The position numbers and the translations under genes were made by a program. A DNA stretch of 63,910 nucleotides, filler included, from Bigelowiella natans CCMP2755 (taxonomy: Eukaryota; Protista; Cercozoa), in NCBI GenBank assembly GCA_000320545.1. It is 4 parts of 4 records of this genome, joined end to end, with 100 filler letters (N's around TTAATTAATTAA, not from the genome) between each part and the next. Parts side by side here need not be neighbours in the genome. Positions count along the whole stretch, not along the records: positions 29,929 to 49,069 come from ADNK01000724.1; positions 49,170 to 62,355 come from ADNK01003535.1; 2 more parts are not named here. One strand, written 5' to 3'. The notes under the pieces were generated by a model, which worked only from the letters and a program-made list of their open reading frames with translations, did not search any database and was not told the origin of the DNA. Positions 41,130 to 52,682 of this stretch are shown piece by piece; position 1 is the stretch's first letter; each line of letters opens with the position of its first letter.

Positions 41130-42824
41130 AATTCATTTATTTATATACTGGGAAGTAATGCATCCCTTTAAACGAGGGGGAAAATGCTGATGATGATGGT
41201 TGTTGCCTGGGCAGTTTTTTTGGGGCAAGTACCGCAACTGTCGCTTGAAAGGGGGGGAGGAGGAGGGGGGGGGATGATACGCAATGTGCCCGAACCCATG
41301 GGTTTGTTTGTATTTTTTTTTTTTTCCCCCAAGCAGCCTAAAAAAGAATATGTTTTTCCAGGAAAGGGGGGGGGCCCTCACATCCCCCCTCCCCCCCGAT
41401 TGTCGTGTTGTTACTAGCACCCTTGTTTTGCTGCCCCCCCCCCCCCCCCCCCTTCTACCCCTCCACGCCACTGCAGCTTCCCCCTTTAAAAAAAACCCGC
41501 GGATTCGGAGCTCTTTCCCCCACAGTTCCATTGGGCCCTGGGGTCCCACCCCCTCCCGCCCATTAAAAACCCCCAGTGGGGTTGGATTTTTAGGGCGCCC
41601 GGGGTTTTAAAAAAGTTACCCCCCCCCCCCCCCCTTGGCCCCCTTCGGGCCCCGGAATTCCAGGAGGATTTGTTCAATCTCATTAGCGAGAAGAGAAGGC
41701 CCCCATACCGATGGTACGTTTAACCGAAAAAGAGACGATACGCTCCCACGACGGGTTTGGGGGGGGGGGGGGAGTGGGGATTTGCAAACGCTTTCGCCCT
41801 CATCTTGTCTGTCTCTTTGGCAGGTTTTTGATTGGCCCGAAGAGATCAGGAACCAGCGCACACATTGACCCGTTGGGGACAAGCGCTTGGAACGCGCTGG
41901 TGTATGGTAGAAAGGTAGTACTTCCAATGGCTTCCCCTTCCATTTTTACGAGAGACGGGGGGGGGTAGTGAATGGTAACAGCAGTGCAGCCAGCAGATTA
42001 GTGTTATGTGACGCTTTGGAAAGAAGAAAGTAGCAGTGGGAATGGGGGTGGGGGCGGATACGCTAGCCTTTGCTGTCAGTTTCAAGGAGGACGTCATGCT
42101 CGCCAATCGTCTTCTCTGCCTTCTTCGCTCGCTGCTACCCTGCACTACTATTGCCACCTAAAATAAATTAAACACGATGATGGTGACAAACAAACAACCG
42201 TAGAGATGGATCATGACTAAGCCTGGAACTCGGAAGGTGGGAATCCTGGGAGGGGGGGGGGGGGGGGGGGGGGGCAGGGCAGGGTCATAGGAGGAGTCGT
42301 AAAATGGAAGATATAACTCCAAATAATCTATGATGTTGATTCGTGACAAATCGGGCAAAGTCACTGGTATTTTTGGTTGGGAAAGAAGCGAAATCGTCCA
42401 CTTGCTACATCGGTGTTGATATAGTCATATGCGAGTCTCATCATCGTCCTCAATTTCATCGTGACTGATATTATGTTTGCCGTATTACTCTGTGTCCTCC
42501 TTACCTTTGATCGCCCCCTCACAGCGACAAGTAAAAGGATACGCTTTGAGGAAAAAAGGTGCCGAGGGTGGGGAGAGTAGACTAGCTCAAACATAATACA
42601 GTGAATGCTGCGTGGGAAAATGGCTCTCTGTAAAGATAGCGCCGACGGCCCTGATCTTGGCCAATCATCAGCTATACAGGAACTCTTCTTCGGGATTGAT
42701 AGAGATATCAAATACATGATGATGGTGATGGTGATGGTGATGATAATGGTGATGGTGTGAATAGGAGAGGATGGCGAGGCTAGCACCTACTTCTCCTACC
42801 ATGTTCCTAGGTAACAGCCAAACA

Positions 42825-42861
<37 letters not shown>

Positions 42862-43660
42862 GTCTGTCTACTCTCTCCGCGTGTGTGAGCGTGTGCGCGT
42901 GTGTTGCTGTGTGTATACTCGGCCGTGCTGATTAGCGTGTGATCATTGCGAATTCCTGCCCCTCTAAATGATGGTGGGGAAATCGGTCATGTGTGTGATT
43001 GCAGCAGCAACGTCGCATAGATTAGACTCCCCAATATATACATAAAATATTATGTTGGTGTGTGTGTGTCTATGTGTGTTTGTTTGTTGCTTTGTTTCCT
43101 TAATCCACCCCTCCCCCCCCCTCCCCCTCCTTCGTCCAAATCAACAGAATCCTCAAGGACGAGGCGGAGAAGAAAGTCCGCGACATGGGCATTAGAGAGG
43201 TGGTGCTGTTCCGTGCTTTAAAAGAACGCGGCGTGGTTTGCCAGCATTGCCGTCACGAATATCATCTTGCCTCCTTTCCTATTCCATTCTCATTCCGTCC
43301 GTAAGGGTAACAATGGCTGATGTTGGTGTGAAGGTTATTCAAGAGCCAGGAGAGGTGATATACGTGCCAGGAGGCTGGTAAGTCAGATCCTTCCGTTATG
43401 ACCCCCCCCCCCCCCCCTTCCCTTTCGCTGCTAAAAATGGCCTTCCTTCCGTATGGTGGTCGTTGCTGTTGCTTTCGCGCCTTCATCATCACCATTGTAG
43501 CCTCTCATCATCGTCGTCGTCGTCGTCGCTGCCGTCGTCATTCACCCCCCCGTATCCTCGTAACTACTACTACTACTACTATTACTACTACTATCAATGC
43601 TACTATTAATGCTACAGGTATCATGCCGTCCTGAATCTCACTCACACGGTCAGCAGGACG

Positions 43661-43748
<88 letters not shown>

Positions 43749-44456
43749 CTTCTCTCTGCCCAATGATGCAAGGAGACGGATATTAGCATGCATGACGTAT
43801 ATCTCGCTATCTACTCGACAGATCGCAGTCACCCAGAATTTCTGCGCAAGGGCGCAATTCCTGAAAATATGGAGGTGATTGTTGCATACATAGCGCAAAT
43901 ATTGATTCTCTCGATGTGGATGCAGATGTAAGGAGCTTCAACCTTCTAAATACCCCACAACCCCCGTCCTTTTCCAGGCACGTCAGGAAGGGGAGGAAGA
44001 AGATGGCCCTCAAGTGGCTCAAGGCCTTGAAAGAGAAATATCCTGACCTCGCAGAGGTACTACAAAAGCGAATTGATGATGCTGATGATGACGACGACGA
44101 CGACGACGATGATGCTGATGCTGCTGCTGCTGATGATGATGATGATGGATGATGATGATGATGCCGTCGCTACACTCTGATGCTACTATGAGACTATACC
44201 TGATGCGCCCCACTGCCGTTCGTCCTTTCAGGCGGCATTGAAATGCAACGAGGACGACGGCTGGAAAATGAAGGAGGCGTCCAAGAAGAAGAGTAAGAAG
44301 AAGAAGAAAAAAAAGCGAAAGTGTAGCGACTCGTCGGATTCCGAGGAGCGACGGGAAAGGAGGAGGCGGCGCAACTACGATCCCAATGCGGAGTTCCACG
44401 CATCACGTGCGGTGCCTAGTTCAAGCTATCAATCGGGCGGGGGTGGTCGCCGCTAG
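39405..44456 (+). CDS. JMJD6: JmjC-domain protein JMJD6 (lysyl hydroxylase / arginine demethylase family)
   Basis: [24 protein letters not shown]|[12 protein letters not shown]; [30 protein letters not shown]; [13 protein letters not shown]|YHAVLNL|IAVTQNF; [13 protein letters not shown]; basic/Ser-rich tail. Central exons are obscured by poor sequence at ~41130-41800. Confidence 0.9.
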
Positions 44457-45331
44457 TTTGATAATTTTGAGCTACTTATGTGGCCTTACTTGCTTTCCCT
44501 GCATGTTGTCTACAACTATATCTAGTGATATCTTCTATAGTCTTGCCCCTCCATATATGTACGCATTGTGCACGCTAGTAGAGCAAGGTAATTCCCTGCA
44601 TCGCATCGGTCGGTGCCAGCGCAACTGTGGTCACGTTACATTTGCTGGTATACTAGGGCTGTTTGCTTAAGGTTGACCAGGCTGGCGCATGATCAGGCGA
44701 TGTAGTGCGTTATTGTCTCAGCGCTAGAGCGGCACGATCTGCACGATATCATGAGTGCCAGCGTCAGCATGTCATGTTAGCACGGCGCATTCTGCAGCTA
44801 CATGGTACCATATGTATGAACACTTGCATGATGCGTAGCGGCGACTTTGCGCTGGGACTAGAGAGAAAATCTCGAGCAAACTAAACCGGTGTGCGAGCGC
44901 TAACGTCGTCCTGCACGCATGCAGTACATGTATTTTGTAGAAATGTGAAGCAGCGAACGATCATATCGCCGATCGACGTCGTCTTTAACAGGAGAACTTT
45001 ACAGATCAGACAGGGTTATAAACCCAATAAGTTAAGTCAATTAGCATTAAATAAGTTAAGTGAGATATTAGCATTAAGATGGCAACGATAAAAATGGGTG
45101 ATGCCCCCCCCCCTGTGAGTTTTTCCCGGCGCAATATACGATCGAACAACAAAATTAAATCAGTATATATTTGAGCTACGCTTATCGGGGAATAATTATA
45201 ACTGCTAGCACATGATTCGGCTGTACACTGTACACTTACACGGCCATGAATACCAAACCGTTTCCCCCCTCCCCTGATTGCTTTGGCATTGCAGGCACAC
45301 GCACACACACACACACACACTAACTCCGCAT

Positions 45332-46501
45332 TCAGAAGTATGCCCTCAAAACCTCGAGCTCCGACTTCAGCTCTCGGTCGACATCTTGGCAAGAAACCAC
45401 ACCGTATCTCTTTCTATTTGGCGTGTGAGCCTCTTTCTTGTCGATGTAGCAGCAGCCATCACCTTGCTTGCTGGCCACTCCGATGAAGTCACAAACTCGG
45501 TGCATGACCAATGATTGATTAGACGCCCACGCCGTGAAGCTGACGATCATGCTTTGTCCTTCCATGCTTGCCGCGGCCTCCCGGTGACTGTCGTCTAAAA
45601 CTTTCGCAGCCTCTTCCTTCTCGCTTCGCCGAGAAAACATGCCCTTCACTTCCGATGCGAGCTGCCGGATCCCAGGTGAGCTCACGTTCTGGAAATACAC
45701 CTTCATGTGCGCTTTGAATCTTGGGGAGCAGAGCCTGCTCCGCGTGGCTACGGCACTTAATTCGGCAAACGACGCGATTGCATCCACTGGGTTCCGAACG
45801 CAGAGGAGAAATTTTGCCTTTGGAAACAGCTCTCTAAGCTTTGGTAAATACATCGTGAGCATCAAAGGTCTTGCTACATACACACCGTGGTCATTGGACC
45901 TGCACCAGTAAATGCTTCTCTGGAGGCATTTGACGAACAGCGCCCAATCATGCTCATCGAGTGTGAGGAGCTCCGTTATGAGCTCGCTGTTGGATGAGAG
46001 CGAGGGGAATAGAATGGAGAATATCAGCGCGGACTTCATACAGAGCAAAAGCCAAAAGTGCTCCTCGGGAGGCTCTGATAGGGAAATCCGATGATTCGGC
46101 GAGTCAAACTTCGCTCGCATTGTCCAGTCAAATATGTATCTCAGCGGCAACATGAGAAACTTCATGATCACTGAAGGGAACAGAATGTCATAGTATGTGC
46201 TGGCACAAGATCCGTCACATTTCAGAACAGCGTGATGGAGGCTTGTGGTTGCGCTTCGTGGATGGCCCAGAATAAATACGATGTTGTCCGTACGAACCCT
46301 GGACAAAACCGAGTGCAGGAAATAATCTTCCAGCTGGAGTGTGACGAGGTTGCAGAGAATAAACAGGGAGAGGCCGACGCACTGGATAATCTCAAAATAC
46401 CTTCCTTGCAGCCAAAGCTCCCTGATCACTGCTCGAGTGTTTCGGGCCCACATCCTTGTTGAGGACATACCAGCAGGAATTTTCACTGACTCAGCCGTCA
46501 T
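45332..46501 (-). CDS. PAPS-dependent sulfotransferase (Sulfotransfer_3-like), single exon, 389 aa
   Basis: 5'-PSB loop IVFILGHPRSATTSLH, 3'-PB motif FPKAKFLLCVRNPVDAIAS, conserved PPEEH segment, N-terminal hydrophobic stretch. Confidence 0.85.
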   Translation of the reverse strand: MTAESVKIPAGMSSTRMWARNTRAVIRELWLQGRYFEIIQCVGLSLFILCNLVTLQLEDYFLHSVLSRVRTDNIVFILGHPRSATTSLHHAVLKCDGSCASTYYDILFPSVIMKFLMLPLRYIFDWTMRAKFDSPNHRISLSEPPEEHFWLLLCMKSALIFSILFPSLSSNSELITELLTLDEHDWALFVKCLQRSIYWCRSNDHGVYVARPLMLTMYLPKLRELFPKAKFLLCVRNPVDAIASFAELSAVATRSRLCSPRFKAHMKVYFQNVSSPGIRQLASEVKGMFSRRSEKEEAAKVLDDSHREAAASMEGQSMIVSFTAWASNQSLVMHRVCDFIGVASKQGDGCCYIDKKEAHTPNRKRYGVVSCQDVDRELKSELEVLRAYF

Positions 46502-47149
46502 TCAGAGAGGTTCTTCGTTTGGTTGACCAAGGATCAAAATTCCCATGTCGTTTGCAGCATTCCAGTTCATTTCTCGTATTGCCCCACGGAATAGAACTCT
46601 CGAAGAGAACAAAGCGCCGGTACTCGCCTGTCACTTCCTTGCATCGCCTGCCCTCTTTTCTGTCGCAGCGCGATGTTTCCCCGGTTCCTGCTCTTACACA
46701 TGACATTGCAACTACGTTGGTCGGGAGTTGAGGCATGAGAGTGACTGCCATCTGTGAGATGAGAGCGTGCTCGAAGAGCATTAAATCTGCGATGATCTGC
46801 GATGAAGTCGTGACATCCGAGAACAACATGGTAATTCCGGGATTATGGAAAAGATCCAACAAAATCAGGCTATTTCCCCCCGCCGATCCGCAATAATTCT
46901 TGTCGCACTGCCTAAAGGTGTGACATCGCAGCTTTTTGGGTTTGGTGGCAGCGTGTCGTCTCGCTGTCTTTGAGGGCCAACCCGTCCTTGCATCTTCCTC
47001 ATGAAGTTGTCGCAGCGTGTTTTTGCCGCCGAATTTTCGGCCACAGCGGATTCTGGGGCCATTCCTCAAGCGAGGCGAAGCAAAAACTGGTACGACAACG
47101 GTGGTTTATTTAGTGCGACAAGGATTGTCAATTTTAGTCAGCCTCCCGT

Positions 47150-47462
47150 TACAGCGTACAGCATCGTGAAAACGCGACGAACACCCGAGACCATCGTGGT
47201 AACGCATGTGCTACATAGAGAGAGGGGGAGGGAGAGAGGTCTTTTGCTATTGTGACGTGAGCGCTCCGTCGTTTGTGTATTGCAGTTGCCGAAACTAAGC
47301 TCGAGGGGGGGTTAGGAGTTCAGAATGTTAGGGCTCGTACAAGCTGCTCAAGTAGGAGTGGAAGATTTCCTCATCAAGCAAGCGTTTAAGAAGAGGAAGG
47401 GACTTACAGCAGGTGTATTGTTACCGTTTTGCGTTTTAAACAAGTCTTTATGCTGCAGGCTA

Positions 47463-47513
<51 letters not shown>

Positions 47514-48562
47514 CCCCCCCATTCACTCTATTCATTTCGACACCTCAAAAGTCCCCATTGGTGAAAAAAATTTCCTTTCTAACCCAGAACAATCCAAGGT
47601 ATTCCACAATCTCTTCGATGATATGGGTCAGTCTAGCACATAGGAATCCCGCCATATTCATGCGTATTGTTTCTCACAAAGCCCTCCGATTATGCGTCTG
47701 TGAATCACTAACAGGTATTGGGGAGCCGACGGAAACTAGACATTTGCGTGTTCAATGGCCTGAGTCAACGGTGAAAAAAACTTTTTGGTTGAGACTGGCC
47801 ACCATGATGCTAAGCCTGGCGACTCTCTTTCTACCAACCTAGATCGATCTAGAAAAGACGGGGGGGACGGAAGTGTATCCCGCACAAATCGTGGCGCCGC
47901 CGGAAGTGGGCTTTCGCATCCCGAATAACGTCTGTCACTTTTGTATAAAACATCCCTTTCACTCCTCCAGACTACTTGTAAATTTTGCATTCTTATTGAA
48001 GAAAAATGCCTTTACTTCTGCATCGTCAGGGGCTGAAATGGAAGCACGAACAGAAAAGATTCACGGTGTCTCATAAATATCAACAGACTTCACATGAAAA
48101 GCTCATTCACATTTTCGACTCATATAAATTTCAGATACTAGTCGCCGATCTTGATGCAAACCCAAAGGTATAATTAGCCGCAATTGATTCACGTGTGTAT
48201 GTGCACGTAACACCCTGCATCAATTAAGCACGCATACTGCCACTTATCTCCGATAGGAAAAGGCTACTCGCTGTTTCCTGAATTACATAGCAGTGAACGT
48301 CAGGGTAAAATATTTTCACAGACGAGAGCACAAACATTAAAAGATACAGCGTATGTTGTGTCCACACTATGGAATGTAAACGCGTCTTGCCCTGTGTATT
48401 TTCATGCTGTAATCCCCTGTCCTCTTTCTTGATTCTCTCTTCTAACGCACCCGCTTATTCTCTTCTATTTCGAAGCCAAAAGGGGAGAATGGCACAGAAA
48501 GAGCCAAAGGAAAGAACAAAATGATGGAATTTGGCAAGGGTAAAAGATTGTGAAATATCAAC

Positions 48563-48596
<34 letters not shown>

Positions 48597-49069
48597 CATA
48601 TTGATATATACGAGACAATCGAGAGACGACGCAAAATGATGTTGGGAGAGTGCTGCTCGAGAGGCCGCTCATTAGAATTAATAACAGGGAACATAGTGAC
48701 AAAATGGATCCCACCAAGAGCGACGCCGCAGACTAATTCTCACCGGTAGATCGATCTTAAAGACTAGGATGTGAATGTGGAAATCTAAGCGACAAAATTT
48801 ACACAAATGATACACACCGTCGTTCAAGATATAATGTGCGTTGTGTGTGTGTGTGTGTGTCTCTGTGAGTGTATCATCATCCAAATCCCTCCTCTCTCCT
48901 CAGGTACCCTCTTGTTTTTGAGCAAGTGAGGACTGGATTGTACGTAATGAAGCGTTTTGCTTCGTATTTAAGGAAACAGATACAGAGGAGCGGGAAGAGG
49001 GATATACTCCACATACTTTTAGGAATGGCGGTGCAAAACTGACTGCTGGTCTAGACAGGTCCAGTCACC
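47150..49069 (+). CDS. Multi-exon hypothetical gene, truncated by the gap
   Basis: Short GT-AG bounded coding-like exons (EQSKVFHNLFDDM, IDLEKTGGTEVYPAQIVAPPE, ILVADLDANPK); no family recognised. Confidence 0.35.
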
Positions 49070-49169
49070 NNNNNNNNNNNNNNNNNNNNNNNNNNNNNNN
49101 NNNNNNNNNNNNNTTAATTAATTAANNNNNNNNNNNNNNNNNNNNNNNNNNNNNNNNNNNNNNNNNNNN
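49070..49169. other. Assembly spacer (N44-TTAATTAATTAA-N44)
   Basis: N runs flanking an all-frame stop linker. Confidence 0.98.
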
Positions 49170-49879
49170 GGCATGTTGTTTGGCGGCGTCCACGTGCATC
49201 CTCCTATTCTGCCTCTCTTCATAATGAACGCAAATCACGACCTTGCTTCGGGCTAGTATTATGTCGATTGAGGCCATCGTTTGCACGTGTACCTTTACAA
49301 CTAGCAGGATAGGCATGTTGTCGCGAACCAATGGGGACGGGAGGGGGAGGGGGGGGGGAGGGGGATGATGGTATCCCGGGCAGCAGCACCATCGCCAACT
49401 ACTACCACTGCTAGCAATATGACAGCAAAAACCACCGCTGATGATACTGCTTTTCTGGTATTATTTCTGCTCGCAGCGGTGGCTTGAAGTGGACGCTCCG
49501 AACATGATTTCACTGAAGGTGTGCGGCTGTCGCGTCATGCCCCGTCGTCGGTAGCAGGGTGGGGTGTGGTCAAGGGTGAGGAGCCCTGAAAGCATCGACG
49601 ATTTCTATGCCGGAATCGGCGGCTGCATGTTAATGGGGGGGGTAAGGGACAAGAACCGCATCGTATGATATGGATGATATGCGTGAATCGCTCCGAATGC
49701 ATCTTCCCCTTATCTCCTCCACTGCACTATTTACAACTGCCCCCCCCCCCCCTCCCCTCTCCAAACGATTAAATAAATAGCCCAATAATGTCATCCTCCT
49801 AATATGTTGGTGTGTGCGTGTGTGCGTATCTGCGTATATGTGTGTGTGTGTGTGTGTTGTGTTTATGGGTTTGGCCTCT

Positions 49880-50800
49880 CACCTGACAGAAATCCATCCT
49901 GGACACTTCTGGTGTTGATGCAAAGGCCACGACGTTTGTTCCTGTGGTAGGGTCACAGCTCTCCGCGCAGCAGCAGCAGCAGTAATAGTAGTAGTGGTAG
50001 TAGGAGCACGCTACTAGTTATGATAATTATCATAACAATATAAAGTCAGAATTATGCGAATTATCTAAGAGGCATCCCCCCCCCCCTCTACCCCTCTACC
50101 CTCCCTTTTTCCCTTCGATAACCTCGAAACTGCTCGTTGCAGGTGTTTGGCAAGCAGTCATGGTTGGAGAGGGCGGAGGAGTGTGGATATAACCCTAAAC
50201 ACGGCACGTTGTTCATCATGGAAGGGTCAGCACTTTATTCACCTTATTAACACTAGCTGCGTGCAGCAGCAGCCGCCAACGATTAGATTCTGGAATGAAA
50301 GAAAAGCAGGGTGATAACCATCGAATGAGCCTCTCCCCTCCTCCTCCTCCTCCTCCTCTCCCTCCCACATCCTCTCTCCCCCCCCCCCCCGTCGGCACTT
50401 CGCCCAGTGTGATAAACTACTTAGACATCGCTGCTGTGAAGGAGACTCTCACCATGATTGCTTCCGTGGCGCCGGGGTAATCAACCGCAGCAGTCGCGCA
50501 TGCCGTGTACCTTTGTGGCGAGTGGGGTTGCGAGAGAACTAGGAAAGCAAGAAATGATCGTGTGCGCGTCGTCGGTCGTTCGTCGTCGTGTTAACTACCC
50601 CAGCTCCATCCTGGCGATGACTTGTTTGACCTTGGACGCCGAGGGGGGGGGGGAGGAAAAAGCGAAGAAGCAGAACAGCGGCCATGGAAGCCGAGCCGAC
50701 TTCGAAAGGTTAGACGATAAATGTAGCGCGGGGGTTGGGGCGTTGCGCCGCGGATGATGTCGCATAGTCTCAGCAGTGACGGCGTTATTGAAAAATACAC
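49880..50800 (-). CDS. SET-domain (SMYD-like) protein fragment
   Basis: Exon at ~50123-50225 reads CLGLYPHSSALSNHDCLPNTC, matching the SET motif GL(Y/F)P...NHxCxPN; next exon GTNVVAFAST. Gene extent unknown. Confidence 0.5.
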
Positions 50801-51181
50801 CATTGAAACCAAACACACTATCGCCTGGTCACATCGACTATTGAGTCTCTTATTCGCTTAAAAAAACATCAATGGCATTAAGGCCTGCAACGCCAATCCC
50901 CGCAAAGTTCCTAGAAAGCCTCTCTAATCTCAAGCATACCTAAAACACGTACATCTACAAGCGCACGAACAGTAGCTTCGTCGTAAGACGAGCACACGTG
51001 TAAAGAAAAGGGAGGGGACCGCAGGTGGGGGGGAGGATAATATTTGGGAATCCATATCTGATGAAAATGCTTCGTTTTGTTTTCAAGAGTGCTCAAGAAG
51101 CTGGGCGAGCCGCATCGATGGTTTCTACCGACAGGTATAAGAACGAACAATAGAAAAGATTTGCAGCTTTCCTCGCCAAGC

Positions 51182-51223
<42 letters not shown>

Positions 51224-51617
51224 AGATACATATATCCGTGTTCTTGTTAAAATAACGAGGGCTAAAAGGAAAAACAAATTCCCTTTTTAATGATAAATAT
51301 GAATTACTTTCGAAGATACGCGATTACGGTCGGTCTCATCAATACAGCCATCACTGTGTCAGCTTTTATAACCCATTAGCTCTCCAGATATTTTCCCCAT
51401 ATTGAAGATAGAGCTTTGAGTTTAACATCTTCCTCTAGGCACGCACAAAGAGTTCTTTGGCAAAATGGGTCTGTGAAATCGAAAGGAGCAGCGCTGTTGT
51501 TTGTCGTCTCCCCTCCCCCATTCTTTCCTTCTCCTTGTTTCCTATTGAGGTTTCAAGTGTTTGGTATTCTATATAGATCTCATCTCCGCGAATACTTCGT
51601 CTTCTTGTATCAATACA

Positions 51618-51650
<33 letters not shown>

Positions 51651-52682
51651 TCTAGGATTCGAAGTTTTGGAGTACCTTGATATACCAGCGATGTGCAAGA
51701 AGTTCTGCCCGAAATCGATGGCAATCAGCGTCAAGGTTCGTGCACACGGGCACACACATACACGCAAATACATATGCATGTATGTGTATGTAACCACATA
51801 TGTGTTTTAATGTTGTACACATGCCGCATGTTGTCATTCATTCCAAGATGTTCGTTTCTACCTTTACTGTCACTGCGGACATGAGCATCCATCACAATGT
51901 GCCGGTCTCTCTTCGTCGATGATCATCAATTGAGAGACGTTCATTCGCTACATGGAGTCTTCATTTTCCATGAACTGCTGCTGTGCTCCATGATGGTGTG
52001 GTGCTTGCCCTTTGCCTCAATTTCCACCTTGATAGGAGTACACAAACACCTTCAGCCAGACCGGGAGGGGCTACACTTTGCTGTTGTTGCGGGTCAAATG
52101 AAACAAGTCGATTGAAACAGATGCATGCCAAACAACATTGCAACGCTAGAACGTGCTCCAAATGGACACTACTAGACTGGATTGCATGCATGGCAAACAA
52201 TTGCAGCTCCTTTTTGTGGGTCGCACCGGCAACAGCCCATCTAGCCATGTGCGGTCTAGCAGTGCTAGCTAGCTAGAGTGGCACGCACTCACTGCAGCGG
52301 CGCTTTATCCAGCTAACCAGGCATTCTAGCATTGCTGCATGCTTTTGACATTGACGTGCGCGACAGTCTAGCAGTTGCTGCTCCCTTCACTTGCATTCAT
52401 GGACGCTCATAGTGAGTGTGCTCGATGCGGGAAAGGTCTTGCTACTAGCTAGCTAGCGCACAACATAATGATCAAATGCTCAGAGCAAGAGGGAAGACCT
52501 CACCGCTAGCATGTGCTTGCTACTGGGAAGCCAAGGCCTGCCGTCTAGCTAGCTAGCTCTAGAGCTAGGCGATGCCACGGAAAACTCTTTCCTTGCTAGC
52601 TTGTCGCATGTGCATGAACGCGTTGACACTCAACTTGATCATTGCATTGTTCATGTTCAAGCAAATTGGTTTGCCTTGCGCA

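Noticed and set aside
41130-41800. G/C homopolymer-rich block interrupting JMJD6 (similar block at ~29100-29820)
   Set aside because: Looks like low-quality consensus with homopolymer noise; not treated as an insertion or pseudogenisation.
51437-51740. Two small plus-strand exons reading THKEFFGKM|GFEVLEYLDIP, reminiscent of a GNAT C-terminus
   Set aside because: Too short to support a gene call.
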